Source: a virus
Taxonomy: Duplodnaviria; Caudoviricetes
Virus record (IMG/VR): IMGVR_UViG_3300029448_000052
Location: 1 to 55,402 of that record
Strand: one strand, 5' to 3'
DNA: 55,402 nucleotides
Shown: positions 21,598 through 30,534 of the stretch, piece by piece
How the letters are laid out: each line of letters begins with the position of its first letter
How positions within the stretch are numbered: position 1 is the first letter of the stretch
Position numbers and translations under genes: made by a program
The notes under the pieces: model-generated
Told to the model about the DNA's origin: nothing
What the model saw: only the letters and a program-made list of their open reading frames with translations
Database searches by the model: none

Positions 21598-22868
21598 AGT
21601 TTCTAATGACAATGTTTCAAATACAAGATTACGGTGGAATCATTAACCATGCTGAGTATCTTGCTAAAGGTTTAAAAGAGTTAGGCCATGAAGTTGATTT
21701 TACTATGCTCGTGCCTAAACATAAAGTAGCCGCTAAAAGTCCCCCACCAAAAAACTTTGACCAATATCGTAAGGTTGGCACAGGATATCTACACCATCAA
21801 GCTAGGGGGTGGGCTGGTTTACCTAAGATCCCTTATCTTTCTAAATACCAAAGGGATTTGTTTAAACAGAAGTGTAGCAAGTATGATGCTGTTTTATGGC
21901 ATATCCCTGTACCCACCATGAGTAAGGAAAATAAAGGTATTACCGATTGGTTAGATTTGTATGACCACGGTACTAAAAACATAGCTATCATACATGATGG
22001 CAATTTGCCTGAGTTATACCCACACCTAATCCATGTACGCGAGATGTTCCATTCTGCTGTATGTGTACATGAGTCAGCTATGATTTCTGGTAGTATGTTA
22101 CCCATACCCCGCAAGCTGATAGTAAATCCGTTTGATGTTGGTATGGCAGATGGTTGGACTGACTTTGAAAAACGTGATGGTTTTGCAGCGGTGCAAGTTT
22201 TTAAAGCATGGAAACGTGTAGATACTTTAGTCCGCGCGATTAGATACATGACCCACAAAGAACAAAAGCTAATCGGTGGTGAAGGTATAGAATACAGATA
22301 CATGACAAGCCGTGATAAATGTAAGCCTAAATATTTTGACGAGCTAGGCGAACGCATTTGGGATAGAGCCAAGCGTTATGGTATGGAGCATTTAGGAACT
22401 GTGCCAAATGATAAAGTGTTTGAAATACTAAAACAGGTAAAGCTACAGATTGACCCGAGCTACAGTAAAAAGTATTCTAATTTTGGCGCACATTTTAATA
22501 GGACAACAGTAGAAGCAATACTCTGTGGTGCTGTGCCTGTGGCTACTGATTGGGGTATGCGGGATAGTGAAATATTTAAAGCAGGACAAAACTATATACA
22601 AATCCCAGCAGAGTGTGAACCGTTTAAGTTTGCTGACATTATAGATAATGCCATACATGATAAAGATCAATGGCTTCGTATAAAAGAAAACAATCTAAAA
22701 TTACTAGAGTTGTTTGATATGCGTAATGTAGCTCAAAGCTATGTTGATCTGGTAAACAATACACAAGAACTACTTATCGGCACTCCAGATGCTAAAGCCA
22801 TGCAAAAATGCCATAAAAACCTAGAGTTCTTCGGTATTAGCTCTTCAGACACTGCTCGAGTGGTTTAG
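21594..22868 (+). CDS. GT-B fold glycosyltransferase, putative DNA-modifying
   Basis: GGIINH...LAKGLKELGHEVD N-terminus, KAWKRVD, EAILCGAVPV; coupled to the aGPT-Pplase gene. Confidence 0.8.
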   Translation: MKFLMTMFQIQDYGGIINHAEYLAKGLKELGHEVDFTMLVPKHKVAAKSPPPKNFDQYRKVGTGYLHHQARGWAGLPKIPYLSKYQRDLFKQKCSKYDAVLWHIPVPTMSKENKGITDWLDLYDHGTKNIAIIHDGNLPELYPHLIHVREMFHSAVCVHESAMISGSMLPIPRKLIVNPFDVGMADGWTDFEKRDGFAAVQVFKAWKRVDTLVRAIRYMTHKEQKLIGGEGIEYRYMTSRDKCKPKYFDELGERIWDRAKRYGMEHLGTVPNDKVFEILKQVKLQIDPSYSKKYSNFGAHFNRTTVEAILCGAVPVATDWGMRDSEIFKAGQNYIQIPAECEPFKFADIIDNAIHDKDQWLRIKENNLKLLELFDMRNVAQSYVDLVNNTQELLIGTPDAKAMQKCHKNLEFFGISSSDTARVV

Positions 22869-22927
22869 TATTGTTTAGGCCACACACCTACTACCCCTAA
22901 CCTTTAACCACGTCGAGGAGGCGTTGT

Positions 22928-23905
22928 ATGCAGTCAATTTATGCAAGAGGAGTAAGCGAAGCTCTGTTTTTAGGTCAACAAGCCTTATTTTCGTCAGGTA
23001 AGGAAGTAAACACCCGAAATGGTTTAGCACTTGAGTTTCCTACCCCTGTTATGACAACTTATACCCATAGCAGGGAACGAGTTTTGTTTTACCCAGAACG
23101 TGATGCTAACCCTTATTTCCATTTAATGGAAAGTTTATGGATGTTAGCAGGACGAAATGATGTGCCTTGGATTTTAGGTTTTAACGGTCGCATGAATACA
23201 TATAGTGATGATGGTAAAACTTTCCACGGTGCTTATGGTTACAGATGGAGGGAATGGTTTGGTAAAGATCAGTTAAAGATTATTCTGTTTAGATTAGGCA
23301 CTTACCATAACGACCGTAGAGCTGTTTTAGGAATATGGGATCCTCACCAAGATTTAGTTGAAACTAATGATGGGAAAGATTACCCCTGTAATACCCAGAT
23401 ATATTTTTGGGAGCGTAAGGGTGAACTAAATATGACTGTAACTAACCGCAGTAATGATATGATCTGGGGTGCGTATGGTGCTAATGCTGTTCACATGTCT
23501 GTGCTGTTAGAGTATATGGCTGGGATGCTTGGATATGTTGTAGGCACATATTATCAATTTAGTAATAATCTTCATGCATATACAGATGTCTTAGAAAAGT
23601 TAGAAGGTATGCAAGCAGATTATGAACCTTACCTTACATTAGGTGATGATGGGTTGAGTTATAACCCACCAGCTTTAATTGATGATCCTGATACATTTGA
23701 CCAAGAGCTACAAAAATGGTTTTTAGATGAAGCAAGAGTGACTTACAATAATAGTTATTTAGGATCTACTTGTGGAAATATGCGTAAGTCATGGAGATTC
23801 TGGAAAAATAAAAGTTACGATAATGCTTTTCATTGTGCCAATGCAATAGAAGATCGTGCATGGCGTAGAGCCTGTGTGGATTGGTTGCAAAGGAGAATTA
23901 AGTGA
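22928..23905 (+). CDS. thymidylate synthase homolog, probably dUMP hydroxymethylase
   Basis: GAYGYRWR, catalytic YPCN, RSNDMIWGAYGAN (Asn indicates dUMP-type specificity), NLHAY. Confidence 0.85.
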   Translation: MQSIYARGVSEALFLGQQALFSSGKEVNTRNGLALEFPTPVMTTYTHSRERVLFYPERDANPYFHLMESLWMLAGRNDVPWILGFNGRMNTYSDDGKTFHGAYGYRWREWFGKDQLKIILFRLGTYHNDRRAVLGIWDPHQDLVETNDGKDYPCNTQIYFWERKGELNMTVTNRSNDMIWGAYGANAVHMSVLLEYMAGMLGYVVGTYYQFSNNLHAYTDVLEKLEGMQADYEPYLTLGDDGLSYNPPALIDDPDTFDQELQKWFLDEARVTYNNSYLGSTCGNMRKSWRFWKNKSYDNAFHCANAIEDRAWRRACVDWLQRRIK

Positions 23906-24261
23906 ATAGGGAAAAATATGAGGATTACATGAAGCGTAAATTAAAAGAAGAAGAAGTAAGCTCTGTTATTAAACAGGTTGGTAAGCTCAGTGTTTTAGAC
24001 CATGTTAAGTTGGAAGAAGCTGAACAATCTTATGGTGATAGTTGGAAGCAGCGCGGTGGTGTTGGTGCTTTTATGATGTTAGCTCGTAAATGGGATAGGC
24101 TTGAAAAACAAGTCACAGAACATAATTATGATGTGTTTAAAGCTATACAAGAAGATAACAGGCAGGAAGGTATAATAGATGATATACGTGATCTGCGTAG
24201 GTATTTATTTCTTGTAGAAGCGGAGATGATTTTACGCGGCAATGTCAGAAAACAAAAGTAA
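23902..24261 (+). CDS. nucleotide-modification-associated helical protein (Nmad1/DUF1599-like)
   Basis: SYGDSW...RKWDRLE...DDIRDLRRY; position within the modification cluster. Confidence 0.6.
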   Translation: MNREKYEDYMKRKLKEEEVSSVIKQVGKLSVLDHVKLEEAEQSYGDSWKQRGGVGAFMMLARKWDRLEKQVTEHNYDVFKAIQEDNRQEGIIDDIRDLRRYLFLVEAEMILRGNVRKQK

Positions 24262-24418
24262 TTTAGATAAAGAAGTATTAGCCGAGTGCGAGTGCGGAAG
24301 AGAAACGAAGATTGTTACTTTCCGTAATCTTAAAAATAGATGGCCGATATGCAGTAAGTGCAAAAGGCCGATGAAAGTAAAAGGTAATGCAATACCCATT
24401 ATTTCAACCACCGACTGA
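24242..24418 (+). CDS. 58-aa zinc-ribbon protein (not in the ORF track)
   Basis: MSENKSNLDKEVLAECECGR...PICSKCKRPM; fills the gap before polA; GGAG upstream. Confidence 0.55.
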   Translation: MSENKSNLDKEVLAECECGRETKIVTFRNLKNRWPICSKCKRPMKVKGNAIPIISTTD

Positions 24419-26315
24419 GTGGGTTATGCCTGATGGCTACCCCGATATTTCTAGTGCTAAAGAAGTTGCTATTGATTTAGAAACACGCGATCCTAACCTT
24501 ACGACGATGGGAAGTGGCTGGCCTAGAAAAGATGGTCACATTATTGGGATAGCTGTGGCAACAGAAGGTGACCAATGGTACTTCCCCATCAGGCACGAGA
24601 TTGGTCCTAACTTTGATGTAAAAAGAACTTTAGGATGGTTAGCAGATGTTTGTAAAATTGATAGGACTTACGTTTTTCATAATGCTCCTTACGATGTCGG
24701 CTGGATGCTCGCAGAAGGTGTGCGTGTACAAGGAAAAATCATTGACACAATGGTCGTTGCGCCACTGTTAGATGAAAACAGATTCAGTTATGCTTTAAAT
24801 GCTATTGGTAGAGATTACCTGCAAGAGCGTAAAAGTGAAGTTGAGTTAAGGGAAGCAGCCGAGGCTTTTGGCGTAAATGCTAAAAGTGAGATGTATAAAC
24901 TTCCTGCTCATCATGTGGGAAAATATGCTGAACAAGATGCTGCGTTAACATTGAAACTCTGGCAGCATTTTAAAACACTAATAATAAAAGAAGATATTAA
25001 AGATATCTTTGAACTTGAAATCAATGTTCTTAAAACAATTATACCAATGCGCGAGCGTGGTGTCAGGGTTGATTTAGATAAATGTGAGCGTATAAAGAAA
25101 GAGTTGCTACAAAAAGAACAACAACTGTTAGGGTTGATAAAAAGACAAACAGGGGTAGAAGTAGAGATATGGGCGGCTGAAAGTGTATCTAAGGCTTTTG
25201 ATGCGTTAGACCTACCTTACAGTAAAACAGAAAAGACTGGTGCTCCTAGTTTTACTAAAGGGTTCTTAAGTAATCACCCTCACGAAGTCCCACAAATGAT
25301 TGTACAAGCTAGAGAATATCAAAAAGCACGTAGCACATTTGTAGATACTATACTTAAACACCAAATAAACGGACGTATACATGCTGAGCTGCACCCTTTA
25401 CGTAATGATGGGGGAGGCACGGTTACTGGTAGATTTAGCTATAGCAACCCTAATCTTCAACAAATACCAGCAAGGCATGGCGAAATAGGTCCAATGATAC
25501 GCAGTTTGTTTATACCAGAACAAGACTGTTTATGGGGCGCATTCGATTACTCCAGCCAAGAACCACGTATTGTTGTGCATTATGCTAAACTCATGGGCTT
25601 CAGAGGGGCTTCTGACTTTGCTGAACAATACAATGCTGACCCACGTACAGATTTCCACCAAATGGCGGCTGATATTGTGGGTGTCCCGCGTAAACAGGCA
25701 AAAGATATCAACCTTGGTTTATTCTATGGGATGGGTAGTAAAAAGTTAGCAGCGAGCCTTGGTTTAGAGTTTGAAGATGCTCAAGAACTGTTCGCCACAT
25801 ACCATGATAAAGTACCCTTTGTGCGTGAGCTTAGTGATTATAGCACTAATCGAGCTAACTCTCGTGGTGTTATCCGCACATTATTAGGGCGTAGGTGTAG
25901 ATTCGATAAATGGGAGCCTAATAAGTATGGGACTTGGAAGCCTATGACTTACCAAGAAGCCTACGCAGAACATGGTCCTGGAATCAAAAGAGCGTTTACA
26001 TACAAAGCTCTTAATAAACTCATACAAGGCAGCGCGGCAGATCAAACAAAAGCAGCGATGGTTGCTCTAGCTGATGAAGGCATACTACCCATGATTCAAG
26101 TACATGATGAGCTGGATGTATCTGTTGAGTCAGAAGAACAAGCAAAAAAGATAACTGAAATAATGCAAGATTGTGTTAAATTAGAAGTCCCTTCTATAGT
26201 GGATGCTGAGTTTGGTCCAAACTGGGGGGAAGCAAAACAAACTTTCACGGAAAAACCGTGGGTAAGAGGATTAAAAGATGGCAGCACAGAAATGCAGCAT
26301 AACATCACAAATTAA
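24387..26315 (+). CDS. polA: DNA polymerase family A with 3'-5' exonuclease domain
   Basis: IDLET (Exo I), TVTGRFS..NPNLQQIP, DYSSQEPR (motif A), KDINLGLFYGMG (motif B, Leu762), QVHDEL (motif C). Confidence 0.95.
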   Translation: MQYPLFQPPTEWVMPDGYPDISSAKEVAIDLETRDPNLTTMGSGWPRKDGHIIGIAVATEGDQWYFPIRHEIGPNFDVKRTLGWLADVCKIDRTYVFHNAPYDVGWMLAEGVRVQGKIIDTMVVAPLLDENRFSYALNAIGRDYLQERKSEVELREAAEAFGVNAKSEMYKLPAHHVGKYAEQDAALTLKLWQHFKTLIIKEDIKDIFELEINVLKTIIPMRERGVRVDLDKCERIKKELLQKEQQLLGLIKRQTGVEVEIWAAESVSKAFDALDLPYSKTEKTGAPSFTKGFLSNHPHEVPQMIVQAREYQKARSTFVDTILKHQINGRIHAELHPLRNDGGGTVTGRFSYSNPNLQQIPARHGEIGPMIRSLFIPEQDCLWGAFDYSSQEPRIVVHYAKLMGFRGASDFAEQYNADPRTDFHQMAADIVGVPRKQAKDINLGLFYGMGSKKLAASLGLEFEDAQELFATYHDKVPFVRELSDYSTNRANSRGVIRTLLGRRCRFDKWEPNKYGTWKPMTYQEAYAEHGPGIKRAFTYKALNKLIQGSAADQTKAAMVALADEGILPMIQVHDELDVSVESEEQAKKITEIMQDCVKLEVPSIVDAEFGPNWGEAKQTFTEKPWVRGLKDGSTEMQHNITN

Positions 26316-26811
26316 AACACTCACAACGGTCTGGGATGCCCAGTTTTTACTGAGGTACCACACTGTTGCGAATCAATCAGAAAGGCAAACCGTGGGAGCA
26401 CATTCATATGCAGTAAGTGTTTTGATAGATCAATTATGGCCTGATAGCACTAAACAACTGATAATGGCGGCACTATACCATGATGTGCCAGAAATAATTT
26501 TAGGTGATATTCCAGCTACAGCTAAATGGGCTTATCCAGAAATACAACAAGCCTTTGAAAAAGCTGAGAAAAAAGTATTTGATGACCTTGGTTTAATATT
26601 TGTACTTACCCCAGAAGAAAAATCACGACTCAAAATGGCAGATATGCTTGAGTTAGTTTTATATACTCATCGTCACTCACAGGGCAGTGATCAAATGAAA
26701 ATGATCATGCACTCAGGTATAAATTATTTATATGAAAAGTTTTCTTCACAAAAAGATTTTCAACCAATAAAAAAGGTTTTAGCTCACTACAATCTAGGAG
26801 GTGTACCGTGA
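26278..26811 (+). CDS. HD-domain 5'-deoxynucleotidase (YfbR-like)
   Basis: RYH...QTVGAHS...ALYHDVPE...GDIP...KMADMLE. Confidence 0.85.
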   Translation: MAAQKCSITSQIKTLTTVWDAQFLLRYHTVANQSERQTVGAHSYAVSVLIDQLWPDSTKQLIMAALYHDVPEIILGDIPATAKWAYPEIQQAFEKAEKKVFDDLGLIFVLTPEEKSRLKMADMLELVLYTHRHSQGSDQMKMIMHSGINYLYEKFSSQKDFQPIKKVLAHYNLGGVP

Positions 26812-27092
26812 ACTGCATCAAGTGTGGGAAAAAAAGTAAAGTTTATAACAGCCGACCTCATCAAAACACTATTAAAAGACATAGAAAGTGTTTGAAGTGT
26901 GGTCATAAATACGCCACATTAGAAGTTATATTTATTGTAGAAGAGTTACCTAAACCTAAACCAAAACCAACTAAATTGAAATTAGTTAAAAAACCTGTAA
27001 GAAAACAAAAAATGAAATTTGAAGACCTAGATCTAGCAAGCATGACAGATGAAGAGATAGAAATAGCTATATCTAGTGGTAATTATCTATAA
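26808..27092 (+). CDS. NrdR-like N-terminal zinc-ribbon protein
   Basis: MNCIKCG..SKVYNSR...IKRHRKCLKCGHKYATLE; no ATP-cone. Confidence 0.7.
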   Translation: MNCIKCGKKSKVYNSRPHQNTIKRHRKCLKCGHKYATLEVIFIVEELPKPKPKPTKLKLVKKPVRKQKMKFEDLDLASMTDEEIEIAISSGNYL

Positions 27093-27139
27093 GAGCAAAA
27101 AAGAACAGTCTTTGTTGCGCTATTATTGTAAAAATAAGT

Positions 27140-27637
27140 ATGAATATATTTATCATTGACTGGAACCACACGATCTGCGCTCAATGGCATTGCGATAAGC
27201 ATGTTGTAAAAATGCCACTTGAGACTACCCAAATGCTCAGCACTGTACACCATAGGCATAGTAATGATGGACCATACTTACCTGTTCATCAAAAACACCC
27301 TTGCACATTATGGGCTGGTCAAACAGTAGAAAACTACCGATGGCTTTGGCAGTTGGGTATCGCATTATGCAAAGAATATACTTATCGGTTTGATAAGACA
27401 CATGCTTGTGAGCGTATTCTTGCAATGTTACGCTGTCCACCAGTAGAATTGACTGCGAGGGGGTTTACAAAACCAGCTCAGGCAATGCCCGATGAGTATA
27501 AGCATTCTGACACGATAATTGCATACCAAGATTATTATATAAACGAAAAAGCGAGGATATGCTCATGGCGCAAAAGACCAATACCGCCCTTCATGGAAGA
27601 GATAATGTCATCCCCTTCATACCGAGAGACAGGTTAA
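27140..27637 (+). CDS. pyrimidine-dimer DNA glycosylase (DenV/endonuclease V-like)
   Basis: MNIF...HCDKHVVKMPLETTQMLST, HPCTLW, QAMPDEY. Confidence 0.8.
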   Translation: MNIFIIDWNHTICAQWHCDKHVVKMPLETTQMLSTVHHRHSNDGPYLPVHQKHPCTLWAGQTVENYRWLWQLGIALCKEYTYRFDKTHACERILAMLRCPPVELTARGFTKPAQAMPDEYKHSDTIIAYQDYYINEKARICSWRKRPIPPFMEEIMSSPSYRETG

Positions 27638-27810
27638 CCCATCATAGAGGAGAGAGCCAAATTGTCACAGAACATGAAGTAGAAATTCTACTCTGCTCGC
27701 TCTGTGGCTCCAAATCTTTCCACCTCATATCTGGTATGGATGGACAGATAGGATGCGGAGAGTGCGGATATCTAGTTGGAGCTAAATGGACATCTAATAC
27801 AGAAGAGTAA
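27559..27810 (+). CDS. hypothetical zinc-finger protein
   Basis: CSLCG...CGECG. Confidence 0.5.
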   Translation: MLMAQKTNTALHGRDNVIPFIPRDRLTHHRGESQIVTEHEVEILLCSLCGSKSFHLISGMDGQIGCGECGYLVGAKWTSNTEE

Positions 27811-27950
27811 AGAAGATGCGTAAAGAGTTGTTTTTGATAATCTTTTTAGGCATAGTATAATTATAAGTATGGCGGCCTTCTCCATTTTCACATATCTCTC
27901 GGCCGTCATACTTATGTTTTTGTAACAGTTGTCATAGAAAGGACAATGTC

Positions 27951-28196
27951 ATGCAGATCAAAAAACAATTACTCCACACTTATCACATCCTTGATGATGA
28001 AGGTATCGTGATGGAAACTCACACACATGAGGATAAAGCTAAATTGTATCGGTTAGTCCAAGATATTCAAAACCAAACTCATTGGACATATGTGTATGCA
28101 GGGCGTCAATATCATGCAACACATTGGGATCAACCTAATGATGAAGCTCGCGAACTGTTACTTAAATTGCGCGATGCCGAGGTTGTTTACGCTTGA
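27951..28196 (+). CDS. hypothetical early protein
   Basis: Preceded by a promoter and an AGAAAG hairpin RBS. Confidence 0.6.
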   Translation: MQIKKQLLHTYHILDDEGIVMETHTHEDKAKLYRLVQDIQNQTHWTYVYAGRQYHATHWDQPNDEARELLLKLRDAEVVYA

Positions 28197-28287
28197 TACA
28201 ACAAGATATTATAGGTATGGTCTATCAATAAGTCCATACCTATATTTAAAAATGTAGTTAAACAACGCTCGTAGAAAGGAGCATGAT

Positions 28288-28668
28288 ATGCAAACTATTG
28301 ATTTATCTGGGTTTACTGGTACTACTGATAAGTATGTCCATCGCCTACCAATGACCCCCGACCTGTTACTTACGGAGGGAGTTAAATACTTTGCCGAAGA
28401 AGCTGGAGCTTACTGGCTTATGGATATTGTGGCTACTGAGTTTGTTCCTAAACTCAGTGACGAAGATTATATTATCTTTATCCAAGTAACTGTTGATAGC
28501 GATAATGGTGCTGTTATTATAGGTAGCGATGGTGATAAGGGTGATGGTCCAAGAATACTGCATACTCGCACTATTCAGTTTACTGACCTACCCACTAACT
28601 CTACTTTCAATTTTATATTGATGGTAGACTACCAAGGTAATACGCTGATGTTACCGAGTGAGTACTAA
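28288..28668 (+). CDS. DUF6876-like protein
   Basis: FTGT..Y...LTEGVKYFAE.AGAYWLMD...LMLPSEY. Confidence 0.7.
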   Translation: MQTIDLSGFTGTTDKYVHRLPMTPDLLLTEGVKYFAEEAGAYWLMDIVATEFVPKLSDEDYIIFIQVTVDSDNGAVIIGSDGDKGDGPRILHTRTIQFTDLPTNSTFNFILMVDYQGNTLMLPSEY

Positions 28669-28882
28669 AATGGTTATCGGTGGTTACTCCATGGAAGATA
28701 AGCAGTTTAACGGTGAGCGTTGTATCACCGTTAAACAGCATGAGTCTGGGTGGTCTTTCTTTTTGCAAGGTGAGGCCGCACAGGATTTTTGTCGTGAATG
28801 GGAAATTTTTAAGTTGACCACGTGTGGTCTTAGCTTTGAAGATTTCTTATACGAAAACGACTATAACCTTTGGCTCCAGTAG
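28658..28882 (+). CDS. hypothetical protein
   Basis: Overlapping ORF in the operon; FFLQGEAA. Confidence 0.55.
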   Translation: MSTKMVIGGYSMEDKQFNGERCITVKQHESGWSFFLQGEAAQDFCREWEIFKLTTCGLSFEDFLYENDYNLWLQ

Positions 28883-28892
28883 GAGGTGCAGT

Positions 28893-29162
28893 ATGTACTC
28901 AGCTCAGGTTTATTATAAATCGCGTGAGGGGCATTCTCTCACGCCTATATATCCTAAAATAGGATTGTTAGAAACTTATCTACATTATACTGGTTTAGTT
29001 GATAATGTTGATGACATCAAAGAAATTGTAATCTTAAAAGGTGGGCGTCGCAAGATGCCCACTATCCACGGTTATTATGACTGGGTTAAAGGTAAACTCA
29101 AATTAGATAAGAGTAAGCCAGTTATGATCCATAACATTTTGTATGGATTAGGCAATGAATGA
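28893..29162 (+). CDS. hypothetical protein
   Basis: AGGAGGT RBS before the ATG at 28893. Confidence 0.55.
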   Translation: MYSAQVYYKSREGHSLTPIYPKIGLLETYLHYTGLVDNVDDIKEIVILKGGRRKMPTIHGYYDWVKGKLKLDKSKPVMIHNILYGLGNE

Positions 29163-29319
29163 AGTCCTTACTATTGCCTACGATTTAAAGCATCAGGTAG
29201 AATGTCTGCCTGATGCTTTATCGCGTTGCTCTAAAGTTGATAAGTACAATACTGATTTAACAATGTTAGAGCGCATTGAAACAATAATAAAAGTTCTTGA
29301 AAGGGGGAGTAATGGGTAA
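29155..29319 (+). CDS. hypothetical 54-aa protein (not in the ORF track)
   Basis: MNEVLTIAYDLKHQ...; overlaps the stop and start of its neighbours. Confidence 0.4.
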   Translation: MNEVLTIAYDLKHQVECLPDALSRCSKVDKYNTDLTMLERIETIIKVLERGSNG

Positions 29320-29530
29320 AGTAAAAGAGTTGTGGATGGTATCTCTTGAAAAGTTGCAAGAAGATTATTGCGAGGCTAATATTACTGAAGAAGAATTTAG
29401 ACGTAGTATGGGTAGCCTTGGAGTAGACTGTATAGATATTGATTGTTATATAATTGAAGCAAAACTATTGAGGGCGGTTAATGAATCATTTAAACCGTTT
29501 CTAAATAAAAATGCCAAACCTGAGATGTGA
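29312..29530 (+). CDS. hypothetical protein
   Basis: GGAG RBS; MGKVKELW. Confidence 0.55.
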   Translation: MGKVKELWMVSLEKLQEDYCEANITEEEFRRSMGSLGVDCIDIDCYIIEAKLLRAVNESFKPFLNKNAKPEM

Positions 29531-29634
29531 TACATGTGGTAATAAAGTAGAAGTCAATGAAGAAGGGCTTCTATTTTGTTCTCGTTGTTGGTTAAATGAA
29601 TATATCAAGCTCTCTAGAAAGGAGACAAGATCTT

Positions 29635-29700
29635 ATGGAACTCACAGATCTAATACCAGACTTGGTTACAATCTTTGTTCTACTCGTAGCATTTTTGTAG
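29635..29700 (+). CDS. 21-aa hydrophobic peptide (not in the ORF track)
   Basis: MELTDLIPDLVTIFVLLVAFL directly after a TCTC-TAGAAAG-GAGA hairpin RBS. Confidence 0.45.
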   Translation: MELTDLIPDLVTIFVLLVAFL

Positions 29701-29709
29701 GTGCGGAAG

Positions 29710-29952
29710 ATGCCTGACCTTGTACCTGTTGGGGATGATATAACCCATATCCCTTGCCCTCAATGTGGGGGTGAGGGGCATGTTGAATATGAGCGTTCTA
29801 TTGTTGATCACGAGCGCGGTGGATATTTAGAGGGTTACTACGATGATTGTGAAGAATGTGGAGGATTTGGCGAAGTAGAGATTGATCCTGACCGCGATTG
29901 TATTGTTGATGAATATGGTAATCTGTACTGGAAAGATGAGCCGAAGTTCTAA
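29710..29952 (+). CDS. DnaJ-type zinc-finger small protein
   Basis: CPQCGGEG...CEECGGFG. Confidence 0.65.
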   Translation: MPDLVPVGDDITHIPCPQCGGEGHVEYERSIVDHERGGYLEGYYDDCEECGGFGEVEIDPDRDCIVDEYGNLYWKDEPKF

Positions 29953-30066
29953 GATAAAATAAAATGTGCCAAGAGTGCAATCTGGCATAAAACTGTGTTA
30001 CTATAATAATAGGCGAGGGGCAGTCTCTTGTCTACCACTTACAACCACTCAAGAAAGGAGTAGGTT

Positions 30067-30534
30067 ATGACTGAGAAAGTTGAAGCTAATGGTGTTGTAT
30101 CTAGTATGTCTGGTGCTGCTACTGCTGTGCCTGAAGATAGCGAGGTAGGTGCTGTATGTACAGACATTGCTGCGCGTGATGAGTTTGACCCTACTAAGCA
30201 TGTTTTACATGAGCAGATTCAAGCACAAGCCCAGCGTATGAGTGATGTGCGCTCTAGGTTTGAGAACCTTGGTGCTGATATGCAACATATCATGACTCTG
30301 CTTTATGGTTTGCAAGAAGAGGTAAAAGCTCTACGCATAGGCCAAGAGAATATGACGGCGGCTGGTAAAACAGTTGATGATGTGTATGTGCGTATAATTG
30401 AAGTTGAAGCCAAAGTTGAAGAGCTGTTTGACTCAACCATTAGCACTAATGATTACGACCCTGATGAGTGGGTGCGTGAAAGTGATATTGGCGACCGTGT
30501 ACGTGAGCTACGCTTTAATGTAGAGGTTGAGTAA
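30067..30534 (+). CDS. hypothetical coiled-coil protein
   Basis: Promoter and AGAAAG hairpin RBS upstream. Confidence 0.6.
   Translation: MTEKVEANGVVSSMSGAATAVPEDSEVGAVCTDIAARDEFDPTKHVLHEQIQAQAQRMSDVRSRFENLGADMQHIMTLLYGLQEEVKALRIGQENMTAAGKTVDDVYVRIIEVEAKVEELFDSTISTNDYDPDEWVRESDIGDRVRELRFNVEVE

Noticed and set aside
22928-23905. dCMP hydroxymethylase (T4-like glucosyl-hmC pathway)
   Set aside because: The specificity residue appears to be Asn rather than Asp, and the neighbouring aGPT-Pplase points to 5hmdU; not fully excluded without an assay
26278-26811. DatZ of a 2-aminoadenine (Z-genome) pathway
   Set aside because: No PurZ (adenylosuccinate synthetase-like) gene in the window
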